Origin: an uncultured Pseudobdellovibrionaceae bacterium
GTDB taxonomy: Bacteria > Bdellovibrionota > Bdellovibrionia > Bdellovibrionales > UBA1609
Direction: 5' to 3'
Assembly (NCBI GenBank): GCA_963803705.1
Contig: CAWDNU010000003.1
Location: 288,001 to 352,000, forward strand
Length of the DNA: 64,000 bases
In this document: positions 39,511 through 50,678 of the stretch, piece by piece
How positions within the stretch are numbered: the first letter of the stretch is position 1
Layout: each line of letters starts with the position of its first letter
The notes under the pieces: generated by a model
Database searches by the model: none
What the model was told of the DNA's origin: nothing
The model's input: the letters and a program-made list of their open reading frames with translations, nothing else
Program-made: the position numbers and the translations under genes

Positions 39511-41782
39511 GCTGCCTTGTTTTTCGCTCGTGAGCTTCGTGAGCAGTCATTGCAATAGCATTGACTAAATCTTGAACCCCACCGGTTCGTTGTATGATAT
39601 TGGCGGGCTGATTCATTCCTAATAATATCGGTCCAATGACCTCGCCTTGAATCAACTGCTGAATCAGTTTGTACGAGATATTTGCAGCATCTAAATTTGG
39701 GAAAACTAAAATGTTAGCACCGTCCTTTAGATCTGAAAATCCGAATAATCGCTTCATAATGTCAGTGTTGATTGCGGCATCAGCCTGCACTTCTCCGTCA
39801 ACCAAAAGGTCAGGTCTTAAAGACTTTGCTATCAACGCTGCTCGCTGCATTTTTTTTGGACTTTCATGTTCAGCCCTGAAGCTTGTGTAAGAAAGCATGG
39901 CAACTCTAGGAGTTACGCCGTGACTTTCGGCAAACTCCGAAACATCTAAGGCAACTTGAGCAAGTTCCTCTGCGGTGGGCTCAATCATCATGGTTGTATC
40001 AGCTAAAAAGAGCTTTTGATCACCTTTTAAAACAATGTTTAGCCCAGAAGCAACTTTGTGGTTTGATCGACCTATAATTTCAAGTATGGGTTTTACACTA
40101 GACGCGTAATTTTGTGATGCCCCTGACACTAAGCCATCTGCTTCACCAGACCTGACCATCATCGCTGAAAAGTAGTATGGGTCTTCAAGTAAAATTTTTG
40201 CCTCTGAATGAAGTAGCCCTCTACGCTTTCTCAATTCAAAAAGATCGTTCACGTATTTTTTGAATTCTGGATGTTCAGAAGGTTTAAAGATTTGGCACTT
40301 TTCAATAAGCGGTAGTTCATCTTCAGTGGCTTTTTCTAAAATTTTCTTTCTGTCTCCTAAAATAATTATTTCTGCAAAGCCTTCTTCTAATACTTGCTGG
40401 ACAGATTTTAAAACTTTTCGACTATTACCTTCTGGCATAACAATTTTAGGTGCTGCTGACTTTTTGTTCCATTTCTTTATCCTATTTATTATAGGTCTTA
40501 TAAAGCCACGAGTCTCGCCAAGTTGTCTTTCGAGCTGTTCACGATAATTTTTTAAACTTGAAATTTGTTTTTGAGCAACACCACTATCCATAGCCGCTTT
40601 AGCAACAGCAGGAGCTACTTCTAATAAAACACGACTATCAAACGGCTTCGGTATAATGTAATTAGGTCCAAAATGGAAGTCTTGATCTTTGTAGGCTGAG
40701 GATACTTCGTCAGTTACTGTTTGACGAGCCAGTTCAGCCAGAGCGTTAACTGCAGCAATTTTCATGGCCTCATTAATTTCGGTCGCTCTAACGTCTAAAG
40801 CTCCTCTGAAAATATATGGAAATCCTAGAACATTGTTTACCTGATTAGGAAAATCACTTCGCCCAGTCGCAATGATTGCATCTGGTCTAACTTTTCTAGC
40901 AAAGGCTGGATCGACCTCTGGCGCTGGGTTTGCCATCGCAAAGATGATCGGGGATTTTCTCATGGACTTCAGCATATCCTCACTTAAAATGTCAGATACA
41001 CTTAAGCCAACGAAGGCGTCACTTCCCTCCATGGCTTCAGCTAAAGTCTTTGCACCAGTTTTATTAATAAATTCTTTTTTCATTTCATTGAGGTCAGTTC
41101 GAGAACTGCTTATAACCCCTTTTGAATCGCACATAATTAAATTCTCACGCTTAACCCCTAGATCTAAAAATAAGCGTGCACATGATATCGCAGCAGCACC
41201 TGCTCCATTAAATACTACTTTTACTTTGCTCATTTTTTTCTTAGTTAGAAAACAAGCGTTAATCATCGCAGCGGCAGTAATGATAGCGGTCCCATGTTGA
41301 TCATCATGGAAGACGGGTATATTCATCTCTGCTTTCAACCTTTTTTCAATTTCAAAACAGTGTGGAGCAGAAATATCTTCTAGGTTAATCCCACCAAAAG
41401 TTGGCTCTAAACTTTTAACAATATTAATAAATTTTTCTGGATCTTTTTCGTTTATTTCAATATCGAATACATTGATGTTAGCAAACTTCTTAAATAGCAC
41501 ACCTTTGCCTTCCATAACCGGTTTCCCAGCCAAAGGACCAATGTCACCCAACCCTAGAACTGCCGTTCCATTAGTTATCACTGCGACTAAATTGCCTTTT
41601 GTGGTGTAGTCGAATGCCTTCAATGGGTCCTTAGCTATTTCTAAACAAGGCGCTGCTACGCCGGGTGAATAAGCTAAGGACAAGGCGTACTCTGAGCTTA
41701 CATCCTTCGATGAGCTCACTTCGACTTTTCCTGGGATTTTTTCAGAGTGATATTTCAGTGCTTCTTGATCAAAATTTTCCAT
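39497..41782 (-). CDS. maeB: NADP-dependent malic enzyme with PTA-like domain
   Basis: [46 protein letters not shown]-terminal [16 protein letters not shown]. Confidence 0.96.
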   Translation of the reverse strand: MENFDQEALKYHSEKIPGKVEVSSSKDVSSEYALSLAYSPGVAAPCLEIAKDPLKAFDYTTKGNLVAVITNGTAVLGLGDIGPLAGKPVMEGKGVLFKKFANINVFDIEINEKDPEKFINIVKSLEPTFGGINLEDISAPHCFEIEKRLKAEMNIPVFHDDQHGTAIITAAAMINACFLTKKKMSKVKVVFNGAGAAAISCARLFLDLGVKRENLIMCDSKGVISSSRTDLNEMKKEFINKTGAKTLAEAMEGSDAFVGLSVSDILSEDMLKSMRKSPIIFAMANPAPEVDPAFARKVRPDAIIATGRSDFPNQVNNVLGFPYIFRGALDVRATEINEAMKIAAVNALAELARQTVTDEVSSAYKDQDFHFGPNYIIPKPFDSRVLLEVAPAVAKAAMDSGVAQKQISSLKNYREQLERQLGETRGFIRPIINRIKKWNKKSAAPKIVMPEGNSRKVLKSVQQVLEEGFAEIIILGDRKKILEKATEDELPLIEKCQIFKPSEHPEFKKYVNDLFELRKRRGLLHSEAKILLEDPYYFSAMMVRSGEADGLVSGASQNYASSVKPILEIIGRSNHKVASGLNIVLKGDQKLFLADTTMMIEPTAEELAQVALDVSEFAESHGVTPRVAMLSYTSFRAEHESPKKMQRAALIAKSLRPDLLVDGEVQADAAINTDIMKRLFGFSDLKDGANILVFPNLDAANISYKLIQQLIQGEVIGPILLGMNQPANIIQRTGGVQDLVNAIAMTAHEAHERKTRQHANA

Positions 41783-42112
41783 ATTTTCGAATCCTAATTT
41801 TTAATGCAATTTGTTTTAACTTCGCTTGTCTTAAGTTTCTTTATCCACAAATTCTATGAAGGCTTAAGTTAATATCATTTTTAGTATTTTTAAAATAAAT
41901 GTTTAAGTTTTTTCATAACATATAAAGTAGTCGGCTGTAGCTTTATATGTAACCTTATACTTTTAAAGCGAATGTGCAATTTCACCTAATGCTAAACATT
42001 ATCCGGGTCACAGATTGACAGAAATAGAAATTTTCAACATTATTTAACCCTCTGTAATCATTTGTTAATCTTACCTTAGAAATTATAGAAATCACCCTTC
42101 CAGGAGTCTTTT

Positions 42113-43456
42113 ATGAACCCCAGAGATGTAGTCATTGTTGCTGGTTTAAGAACACCTTTCGTAAAAGCCGGAGATGTTTTTGCCAACGTTCACCCAGTCG
42201 ATTTAGGAGTTACCGCTTTAAAAGAACTTTTACAGAGCACAGGTGTTCCTGTGGATCAAATCGACGAAGTAATCATAGGAAATACCGGGTCGCCTTCCGA
42301 CGCTGTGAATATTTCCAGGGTAGTTGCTATGAATGCTGGCATTCCTCAAAAGGTATCAGCTTATACTGTGCACCGAAATTGTGCTTCTGCATTAGAAAGC
42401 ATAACTTCTGGGTATGAAAAGATTAAATCAGGGACTATGGATATTGTAGTCGCCGGTGGAACTGAATCTATGTCTCAAATGCCAGTGTTATGGAACAAAG
42501 AGCACATGGCCAGATTTAACAAGCTGGCACGTGCAAGATCAACTAGCGCAAAGTTGTCTGCTTTGGGTTCATTACTTGTCGCCAATTTTAAACAAGTTAA
42601 AGAAATTGCAACAACCTCGCCGATGAAATCAACTAAGTTTAAACCACGTTTAGCATTAGTTGAAGGCTTAACAGATCCTATGTCCAACATTAATATGGGT
42701 GACACAGCAGAGATTCTAGCAAAAGAGTTTGGAATTTCTAGAAAAGAGCAAGATGAATTTGCTCTAAGAAGCCATCAACGTGCATCCGCGTCTCAAGAAA
42801 ATGGAGTCTTCGATGAAGAAATTACGCCTCACTACCTGGCCCCCAAATTTGATAAAGTAGTAGAAAAGGATATTGGTCCAAGAAAATCGCAAAGCCTTGA
42901 AGCTTTGGCTAAACTCAAACCTATTTTCGATCGTAAATACGGATCTATTACTGCAGGCAATGCGTGCCCGATCACAGATGGTGCAGCCATGGTATTGTTA
43001 ATGTCATCTGAAAAAGCGAATGAGCTAGGTTTCAAGCCGATTGCAAAAATAAGAGGTTACGCTTTTGCTGGATTAGAGCCCGAGCGAATGGGATTAGGAC
43101 CCGTATATTCAACTCCGATCGCGCTTAAAAGAGCGGGAGTTTCGTTTTCGCAAATAGAGCGTATTGAGCTCAACGAAGCTTTCGCTGCGCAGGTTATGGC
43201 TTGCCAGAAAGCAGCTGCAAGTAAAGATTTTTGTACAAAGAAGCTTGGATTGAGCGAGGCTTTAGGGGAAATCAAAGATGATATACTTAATGTAAATGGT
43301 GGGGCTATAGCATTAGGCCATCCGGTAGGCGCTACTGGAACACGTTTGGTTCTTACTTTGATGAATGAACTTAAACGAAGCCAGAAGCAATTTGGTCTCG
43401 CCACTTTATGTATAGGCGGGGGACAGGGCGGCGCCATAGTTCTGGAAAATGTTTAA
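42113..43456 (+). CDS. fadI: Acetyl-CoA C-acyltransferase (thiolase)
   Basis: NCASA, NEAFAAQ, NVNGGAIALGHPVGATG, LCIGGGQG; upstream of the FadJ-like gene. Confidence 0.9.
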   Translation: MNPRDVVIVAGLRTPFVKAGDVFANVHPVDLGVTALKELLQSTGVPVDQIDEVIIGNTGSPSDAVNISRVVAMNAGIPQKVSAYTVHRNCASALESITSGYEKIKSGTMDIVVAGGTESMSQMPVLWNKEHMARFNKLARARSTSAKLSALGSLLVANFKQVKEIATTSPMKSTKFKPRLALVEGLTDPMSNINMGDTAEILAKEFGISRKEQDEFALRSHQRASASQENGVFDEEITPHYLAPKFDKVVEKDIGPRKSQSLEALAKLKPIFDRKYGSITAGNACPITDGAAMVLLMSSEKANELGFKPIAKIRGYAFAGLEPERMGLGPVYSTPIALKRAGVSFSQIERIELNEAFAAQVMACQKAAASKDFCTKKLGLSEALGEIKDDILNVNGGAIALGHPVGATGTRLVLTLMNELKRSQKQFGLATLCIGGGQGGAIVLENV

Positions 43457-43548
43457 GCTTTCTTAAACTAATTTGTCGCTATGGCGTAAAATTGTATCAA
43501 ATATTCAAGGTGTATATAAGTTAACGGATAAAGATAGGAACCAAAATT

Positions 43549-45696
43549 ATGAGTTATAAGCATTTTAATATTGTTGATAAAGGCGACTTCGCATTTGTGG
43601 AGTTCGATGTTCAAGGTGAAAACGCCAATGTTTTCTCGACTCCGGTAATGACTGAATTTAAAAAAGTTGTAGATGAACTAGGTGCAAGTAAATACAAAGC
43701 TGTAGCCATTATTTCTAAGAAGAAAAACATTTTCATAGCTGGGGCTGACATAAATGAAATTAAAGATCTTAAGTTAAAAGAAGATATTTTATCGGCGACA
43801 CTCGCCGGACAAGAGGTCTTTAATTCAATTGAAGATTCAAAAATTCCATTCGTTTCAGCGATCCACGGAGCTTGTGTTGGTGGTGGATGCGAAATGTCTT
43901 TGGCATGTGACTGGAGAATTGCGTCAGATGCAAGGTCTACGAAAATAGGTTTACCTGAAGTCCAACTGGGAATAATCCCAGGATTTGGTGGTTGCGTTCG
44001 GTTACCAAGGGTAGTCGGCCTTATCCAAAGTCTACAGATCATATTACCAGGTGGCTCTGTTCCTGCTTTAAAAGCTTACAAGATAGGGCTTATAGACGAG
44101 CTTATTCCTGAAGCTATTTTTACAAGCCGTGTAGAAGTTTTCATGCAAGATTTGGTTAGAAGAGGGGCTAAAAAAAGAAAGAAAGTTTTTTCTCCACCTC
44201 TGGTAGGAAAACTGATGGAAAGTCCTTTGCTAAAGTGGAAGATTTTCTCTGAATCCTCAAAAACTGTTATGAAACAGTCAAAAGGTCATTATCCTGCACC
44301 ATTAAAAGCCTTAGAAGTGGTCAAAAAAACTTATGGGATGTCTAATCGGAGTAAAGCACTAAAAATCGAAAGAGAAGGTTTTTGCGAAGCCGCCATGACT
44401 GAAGTGAGTAAGAACTTAATTCAGCTTTATTTTTGGATGGAGAATATCAAAAAGCGCACAGGCGTAAGCAGTTCCTCAAATTCAAAGGCAAAACCTATAA
44501 AAACTATGGCTGTGTTAGGCGCTGGAACTATGGGTGGAGGTATCGCTCAACTGGCAGCTGATAAAGGTGTTCGGGTCCGTATGAAAGACATAAGTAACAA
44601 TTCACTTATGCGAGGCTTTGAAGCTGCGGCAGAAATATGGAATAAATCCGTTAAAAGAAAAAAGTTAACCCCACAAGGTTTCCAGCAGAAAATGGGCCTT
44701 TTAACTGGAACACTGGATTTCTCCGGTTTTAAAAATATGGACTTGGTCGTAGAAGCTATCGTCGAAGATATGAGTATAAAAAAGAAAGTGATTGCTGAAA
44801 CAGTTAGTTTTACAGGTGATAACACGATCATTGCAACTAATACCTCTTCGTTGAGCGTAGCTGAAATGTCTGCAGCGCACCCGAAACCAGAAAATTTTGT
44901 CGGACTTCATTATTTTAATCCTGTGCACAAGATGCCTTTGGTTGAGGTCATCCGCGGACCAAAAACTAGCGATGACACTACAACAACTGTTTTTGAATTC
45001 GCCAAAAAAATGGGTAAAACACCTGTGGTGGTTAAAGATGGTCCCGGATTTTTAGTCAACAGGTTGCTTTTACCTTTGCTTTCTGAAGCGCTATTTATTT
45101 TAGAAGATGGTTTCGATATCGAGACTGTAGATAAAAAATATACACATGTTTTTGGTAACCCAATGGGACCCTTTAGGTTAATGGATGAGGTTGGTATAGA
45201 CGTGTGTATAAAAGTTTTGAAAATTTTTAAATCTTCTTTCGGTGATCGAATGCAGGTGAGTCAACTCACGGACAAACTTGAAGGTCAAAAAGATCGCTTA
45301 GGTCGAAAAACTAAAAAAGGTTTTTATCTGTACGATGATGAAGGCAGGGCGAAAGGAGTCGACCCAGAGGTTTATAAGGTTTTAGGTCTTGGAACACCAA
45401 ATAAGAGCTTTGACACTAAAGAGGTTATTGACCGTGGGATACTATCTATGGTGAACGAAGCTGCATTAGCTTTGTATGAGGATAAGATCGTTGAAAGCGC
45501 AGAAGAATTAGACTTAGCAATGATCTTTGGAACTGGGTTTCCTCCGTTTCGGGGTGGTCTATTAAAGTATGCTGATGCCGAGGGCTTAAAAAACGTAGTT
45601 GAACGCTTAGAAAGTTTTGAAATCAAATACGGACAACGATTTAAGCCAACCAAGCCACTAGTGGATTTGGTCAACAACCATAAAACATTTTATTAA
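43549..45696 (+). CDS. fadJ: Fatty acid oxidation complex alpha subunit (enoyl-CoA hydratase/3-hydroxyacyl-CoA dehydrogenase)
   Basis: FIAGADI, GGGCE, GLPEVQLG, GAGTMGGG, ATNTSSL, HYFNPV, GFPPFRGG. Confidence 0.92.
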   Translation: MSYKHFNIVDKGDFAFVEFDVQGENANVFSTPVMTEFKKVVDELGASKYKAVAIISKKKNIFIAGADINEIKDLKLKEDILSATLAGQEVFNSIEDSKIPFVSAIHGACVGGGCEMSLACDWRIASDARSTKIGLPEVQLGIIPGFGGCVRLPRVVGLIQSLQIILPGGSVPALKAYKIGLIDELIPEAIFTSRVEVFMQDLVRRGAKKRKKVFSPPLVGKLMESPLLKWKIFSESSKTVMKQSKGHYPAPLKALEVVKKTYGMSNRSKALKIEREGFCEAAMTEVSKNLIQLYFWMENIKKRTGVSSSSNSKAKPIKTMAVLGAGTMGGGIAQLAADKGVRVRMKDISNNSLMRGFEAAAEIWNKSVKRKKLTPQGFQQKMGLLTGTLDFSGFKNMDLVVEAIVEDMSIKKKVIAETVSFTGDNTIIATNTSSLSVAEMSAAHPKPENFVGLHYFNPVHKMPLVEVIRGPKTSDDTTTTVFEFAKKMGKTPVVVKDGPGFLVNRLLLPLLSEALFILEDGFDIETVDKKYTHVFGNPMGPFRLMDEVGIDVCIKVLKIFKSSFGDRMQVSQLTDKLEGQKDRLGRKTKKGFYLYDDEGRAKGVDPEVYKVLGLGTPNKSFDTKEVIDRGILSMVNEAALALYEDKIVESAEELDLAMIFGTGFPPFRGGLLKYADAEGLKNVVERLESFEIKYGQRFKPTKPLVDLVNNHKTFY

Positions 45697-45848
45697 TTAG
45701 TGGCCGAAATGGTTTTATATCAAATAGGTTTAACTTAAATAAATAATCTGCACTTAAGCCACTTGACCGATATTAAATCTTCACTGGTTTTTATTCTTTA
45801 GGCGCAAGGTTTTTTACTGCACCAATGTTAGCACCCTTTTTTAGATGC

Positions 45849-47204
45849 TCACGTTCTGTTATAATCGTCTTCGATACGAACTATATCGCTCTCATCAAAG
45901 GACTCTCCAGTTTGAATTTCAACAATTTCTACAGGGTCAGAAGTTTGGTTAGCCAATCGGTGGACCGAACCCTGCGCAATGAAGCAGGTTTCATTGACTT
46001 GCAGGTCAAAAACTTTGTTATCAATGGTAACATTGGCTAAGCCTCTCACTACGGTCCAGACTTCAGATCGAAATTTGTGTTTTTGCAAGGAAAGCCTTTT
46101 GCCAGGATTAACCACTATAGATTTCACTTTAAAGTAAGCGTTATCAACCAGTACCGAAAAGCTACCCCATGGCCGAACTACAGTTCTATGGCTCTGAGTT
46201 AATTCTGGATTAGATAACTTCGGCAGTACAGATTTAATTTTTGAACTTAAACCGCGGGAACTTATCAGAAGCGCATCTTCAGTATCAATAACTAAAAGAT
46301 CTTTTTGCCCAATGAGTACTACCTCTCTTTCCGATCTCACAAAGTTATTTGTACTTTCATAGCTATGTATATTGCCTTTGTCTTTACCTTTGCTTAGCTT
46401 AGCTAATGCTTCGAAACTGCCAAGATCGGACCAATGCCAATCAGACCCATTTAATATAGCCAAATTCTTCGACTTCTCGATCACAGCAAAGTCTATACTG
46501 ATATTTTCAAACTTCTGCATCAAATTCTCTGAAACTGTTAAAACTTCAGAATCATTTACTTCAAAACCTGAAGCGACTTCAAAAGCATTTGGAAGACTCT
46601 GCTGCATCTCTGTTTTCATGTTTTGATTTTTGAAAGCAAAGATACCGCTATTCCATAAATAGTCACCGCTTTGTAGGTATTTCTCTGCAGTTTCCAAATC
46701 TGGTTTTTCTTGAAACGAAACCACATTATGGTTCTTAAATTTGATATAGCCAAAACCTGTTTCAGGCTCGGTAGGCAATATGCCAAATAGCACAATCTTT
46801 TTTTGATCTATGTACTTAGCAGACTCCAGAATTGAAGCTTTATAGTTAATTGGCTCAGCTACATAATGGTCAGATGGTACAACTAACATATTGTCTAGAT
46901 CTTCAAACAGTTGGCAAGCGAGCGCGATGACAGCAGCTGTATTTTTAGCAAAAGGTTCGCACAAAAACCTTACTTTCTGTTTTAATTTCAAAGCGGCGAC
47001 CTGATTTTGAGCCAAATGAACTTGATGTTTACTCACTACAATTAAAAATTCATCTGTAAATTCCACATTCCGAATCAAGGTTTGCTGAAACAAGGTCAGT
47101 TCATCCTTATCATCAGACAATTGCACAAATTGTTTAGGCATGTTCAGCCTAGACAAGGGCCATAGCCTAGTTCCGGCACCACCACACATAACAACTGTTT
47201 TCAT
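45849..47204 (-). CDS. manC: Mannose-1-phosphate guanylyltransferase/mannose-6-phosphate isomerase
   Basis: GGAGTRLWPLSR..PKQF, PSDH, ETGFGYI, EKPD, WNSG, WSDLGS; cupin RPWG..LSLQKH..RSEVW. Confidence 0.95.
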   Translation of the reverse strand: MKTVVMCGGAGTRLWPLSRLNMPKQFVQLSDDKDELTLFQQTLIRNVEFTDEFLIVVSKHQVHLAQNQVAALKLKQKVRFLCEPFAKNTAAVIALACQLFEDLDNMLVVPSDHYVAEPINYKASILESAKYIDQKKIVLFGILPTEPETGFGYIKFKNHNVVSFQEKPDLETAEKYLQSGDYLWNSGIFAFKNQNMKTEMQQSLPNAFEVASGFEVNDSEVLTVSENLMQKFENISIDFAVIEKSKNLAILNGSDWHWSDLGSFEALAKLSKGKDKGNIHSYESTNNFVRSEREVVLIGQKDLLVIDTEDALLISSRGLSSKIKSVLPKLSNPELTQSHRTVVRPWGSFSVLVDNAYFKVKSIVVNPGKRLSLQKHKFRSEVWTVVRGLANVTIDNKVFDLQVNETCFIAQGSVHRLANQTSDPVEIVEIQTGESFDESDIVRIEDDYNRT

Positions 47205-48235
47205 AGATGCTCCTCAAAACCGCTAATAATTTTTTGTAAAACAATTTCTGGCTTAAGATCAAGCATGCATTTAAAATGCTTTTTTGGACAATTTGGGCGA
47301 CCAAATACGCTACAAGGTCGACAGGTCAGCTGTTTTCGATCCACTTGAAGAGTCTCTGCCTGCTTAGATAAGGGATAGAACCCCATGTTAGGGTGAGTGC
47401 CACCCCATATAGATAATAAAGGAACACCTGCTAAAGCTGCCATGTGCATATTTGCTGAATCCATCACGATCATTTTGTCCATAGCTTGCATCAAGGACAT
47501 TTCATCATGGAACTTAAATTGGCCAGCCAAATTTGTGACGCTTAAAAACCTTTCATCAAGTTCGTCAAAATAATTGGCTTCCTCCCCGGGGCCACCGAAC
47601 AGGTAGATTTGGAAGTATGGACCAGCTTCATTGAGTTCTAAGAATTTTTCTAAATATTGTTTCGGCCACGTTTTAGTGAAATGTTTGGCGTAAGGGGCAA
47701 TACCAAGTTTTTTTGCTTCAGGCGAAAGTAATTTTGAAAGCTCTGCTCGAAGAGGTTTAGATTCAAAGCGGTAACCACTAAGAAGTTTTGTGTCACCAGG
47801 AACTTCTAAACCAAGCTCTTTAAAAACCTTTAAGTAGCGCATCGACACGTGAGTCAGAGGCTCACTGTCCAAATTCTTTAAAAATTTTCTTTTTGCTTGT
47901 CGAGCTTTGTCAACTTTGTAAACATCTTTGCCGATAAATAAATTTAGTAATCGTGTTCGAGTCACTTGGTGAAGATCACAAACAGCTTCAAACTGATATT
48001 TCTCTTTTAACTGTCTACTCAATTTGTAAATGTTAAATAAGCCAGAGCATTCTTTTTTTACATCAACGCCTACACAAGTTAGTCTGGGTATACTTGAAAA
48101 AAAAGGTTTAAGAAAGCTTTGTGTTACGAAGGTTATTTCCAAATTAGGATTAAGGTCCAAAACACTTCTTAGCACTGGGTAACATAATAGTACGTCACCT
48201 AAAGCTGAAAACCTATAAACCAAAACTGATTTCAT
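47201..48235 (-). CDS. Glycosyltransferase family 9 (LPS heptosyltransferase-like)
   Basis: RFSALGDV, DLH, K.WP, DSANMHMAA, WGGTHP, CRPCS...C. Confidence 0.9.
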   Translation of the reverse strand: MKSVLVYRFSALGDVLLCYPVLRSVLDLNPNLEITFVTQSFLKPFFSSIPRLTCVGVDVKKECSGLFNIYKLSRQLKEKYQFEAVCDLHQVTRTRLLNLFIGKDVYKVDKARQAKRKFLKNLDSEPLTHVSMRYLKVFKELGLEVPGDTKLLSGYRFESKPLRAELSKLLSPEAKKLGIAPYAKHFTKTWPKQYLEKFLELNEAGPYFQIYLFGGPGEEANYFDELDERFLSVTNLAGQFKFHDEMSLMQAMDKMIVMDSANMHMAALAGVPLLSIWGGTHPNMGFYPLSKQAETLQVDRKQLTCRPCSVFGRPNCPKKHFKCMLDLKPEIVLQKIISGFEEHL

Positions 48236-48840
48236 TTACTCTTATTATACAATGCAGGATTTAGCTTTTCATCATTGTACATTTTCATTTGGCGGTAAAC
48301 TTTAATGCGTTTTTTTCCGCTAGTTATGTCTTCAATCAGTTCATTAAAGCTTTGACTCAAATCTTTTTTTTGATCTAACAAGGTTTCTAATTTCACCTGG
48401 CACTTTTCTTTTTGCTCTTGATCGATATCTGTCCTAAGGACTTGCTCGTTCATGTGGTATATTTTTAAAGCCAAAATTGACATCCGATCTAAAACCCACG
48501 CAACACTTTCAGTATTCAACTTAGCCGACTTTTCAAACTTAGTTTTAGCGAAGTGATCAACGACCCAATCATCTAGCAACTCCACTTTATCGGTTCTGTC
48601 CTGGTTAGATTTGTCTATTCTTCGTTTGATCTCTGCAATCTGCTTGTCGGTAACTTTTGGATCTCGAACGATATCTTCTAGATGCCATTGGACAGTGTCG
48701 ATCCAATTTTTTGAATATAAAATTGCCTCTAAATTATCTTTTCCAAATGGATTTATAAAATCTTGATCAACATCATCATGTTTATGATAATTTTCAATGG
48801 TCTGGTCAAAAATTTTCCAGCACAGTTCTGATTGGATCAT
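48232..48840 (-). CDS. DUF4254 family protein
   Basis: KNWIDTVQWHLEDIVR, KRRIDKSNQDRTD, DRMSILALKIYHM, YRQMKMYND..LNP. Confidence 0.85.
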   Translation of the reverse strand: MIQSELCWKIFDQTIENYHKHDDVDQDFINPFGKDNLEAILYSKNWIDTVQWHLEDIVRDPKVTDKQIAEIKRRIDKSNQDRTDKVELLDDWVVDHFAKTKFEKSAKLNTESVAWVLDRMSILALKIYHMNEQVLRTDIDQEQKEKCQVKLETLLDQKKDLSQSFNELIEDITSGKKRIKVYRQMKMYNDEKLNPALYNKSK

Positions 48841-49408
48841 CGGTACTCCTTTATTAAATTTTAAAGGCTAAACTTTTTTGTGAGTAACCAAGCCTTTCTA
48901 AAGAAATTATTACAATAAAATTAAATATGTGGCCACTTATTTAACTGATAATGAAAGAAAATAAGTTTTAATATTTACAACTATCTCTGAAACTTTTATT
49001 AATAAATGGTCTATCTATGAAGCTTCAGATCTGCTGGAAAGCTTAGATTTGTAATACGCCAATAAAAATATCAAAAATTTGAAATCAAAGATTCACGACG
49101 AACAACTTAATGTATTGCAACCACAGCCTACGAAATTAGCAGATCTGAAAAAATTTTTTTTGATCCTATTCTTTATACATTACAGTAATTTTTGTTTGTT
49201 TTTAGTTCGTTTTTTGTTCAGATAAATTTTTATTATGGATGCCATATAAAAATATCTTATATGTTGAAGCTATTCCGTGTTGACACAACACCCCTAACAT
49301 CAGAAAGTTCAGCAACAATTTAGCTTTATAGTTTAAGATTTTAATGAAAGAAAAACAGGATTTGAACAATAATTTAACAATAACCTAATTTATTATGAGG
49401 GGACAAGA

Positions 49409-50113
49409 ATGGATTTTATAACAGCAATTTCAGATGCGTTTTTAAAAGGTGGGATGTGGATGTGGGTGATTTTAGGCCTGCAACTAGCAACACTAGCGAT
49501 CATCATTGAAAGATATGTGTTTTTATTTAGAAAAAACACCATTGGTGAAAGAAAGCATGTAAACAAATTTGAAGCTGGTATTCGTTCCGGTAAACTTGAT
49601 AGCGTTAAAGCTGAAGCATCAAAGCAAGAGCGCCCAGTGGACGCTGTTGTTGTGGCTGGCGTTGAAGCGGCGGTAAATTGGGGCGGCAAAGACGAAATCC
49701 GCGGCAAAATGGACGAGGTTCTTCTTGATACAAACGCAAAATTGGAAGAAAGAACTAGTTTTTTAGCGATGTTGGGTAACGTAGCTACATTGACAGGTCT
49801 ACTTGGAACCATCGTTGGTATGATCAAGTCCTTTACAGCAGTATCCACCGCAAGTCCGATGGAAAAAGCTACACTTTTATCAAGCGGAATTTCTGAAGCC
49901 ATGAATACAACAGCATATGGCTTAATTGTAGCTATACCCGCATTAGTCATGTACGCAGTTCTCTTAAATCGATCAAACAAGCTATCAGAAGATCTAAATA
50001 CAGCATCTTTAAAGGTTTTTAATTGGCTAAGCTTTGCCTATGAACCTGCTGAGCGCGCTATCGACATGGCCACTGTAAATACTAAGCCCTCTGCTAAGCC
50101 AGTAGAGCTTTAG
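49409..50113 (+). CDS. MotA/TolQ/ExbB proton channel subunit (AglR-like)
   Basis: GLLGTIVGMIKSF, GISEAMNTTAYGLIVAIPA. Confidence 0.93.
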   Translation: MDFITAISDAFLKGGMWMWVILGLQLATLAIIIERYVFLFRKNTIGERKHVNKFEAGIRSGKLDSVKAEASKQERPVDAVVVAGVEAAVNWGGKDEIRGKMDEVLLDTNAKLEERTSFLAMLGNVATLTGLLGTIVGMIKSFTAVSTASPMEKATLLSSGISEAMNTTAYGLIVAIPALVMYAVLLNRSNKLSEDLNTASLKVFNWLSFAYEPAERAIDMATVNTKPSAKPVEL

Positions 50114-50180
50114 TCTAAACGAATAGGTTTAGAGACTTACTAAGCTTTGTTAAGAGTACTGCAATTTATAGAGGGGACCT

Positions 50181-50645
50181 ATGAAAAAAAGTAAACAAAA
50201 TCTAGATGTTGAAGTTGATTTAGTGTCGTTCATTTCACTTCTTTCGGTGCTGATCTGCTTTCTGCTTTTAACAGCGATTTGGATACAAATTGGATCGATC
50301 AACGTTAAACAAGCTGTTGGTGGGCAATCAGCCGCCGAGACCAAAAAAATCCCTGCACTTTGGACCAAAATGCAATCTGATGGCAAAGTTGTCCTTCAAT
50401 TTCAGGATTTTCCTAGATCAATAACCAGAAAGTTGGGTAGTTCTTTAACTTTAAGGGGCACTCAGGAAGGTAAAATTGATTTCGAAGCTTTTGAAAAGAA
50501 AATAGGCGAAGTAATCACTTTGGTTCCAGATTTAAAAACTGGCTTGGTTTTGCCGCAAGGTGAATCAAGGTACGAGCATGTGATTCAGCTTATGGACGAG
50601 ATGAAAAAAAGTGGCTTAATTGACCTAGGTGTTTCACCTATTTAG
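50181..50645 (+). CDS. ExbD/TolR family protein (AglQ/AglS-like)
   Basis: Single N-terminal TM; C-terminal YEHVIQLMD..K.SG; directly follows the ExbB-like gene. Confidence 0.85.
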   Translation: MKKSKQNLDVEVDLVSFISLLSVLICFLLLTAIWIQIGSINVKQAVGGQSAAETKKIPALWTKMQSDGKVVLQFQDFPRSITRKLGSSLTLRGTQEGKIDFEAFEKKIGEVITLVPDLKTGLVLPQGESRYEHVIQLMDEMKKSGLIDLGVSPI

Positions 50646-50678
50646 ATAAATTTTAAATAAATTCTCGGAGTTTTAAAA

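Noticed and set aside
41943..41952. TTATATGTAA matching the imuA operator-like sequence
   Set aside because: Single AT-rich 10-mer between metabolic genes; plausible by chance
48841..49408. Riboswitch in the long leader of the gliding cluster
   Set aside because: AT-rich, with no recognisable c-di-GMP or other aptamer motif
49393..49980. 195-aa antisense ORF opposite the ExbB-like gene, and similar short antisense ORFs across the window
   Set aside because: Fully overlap conserved genes on the other strand and have no motifs of their own
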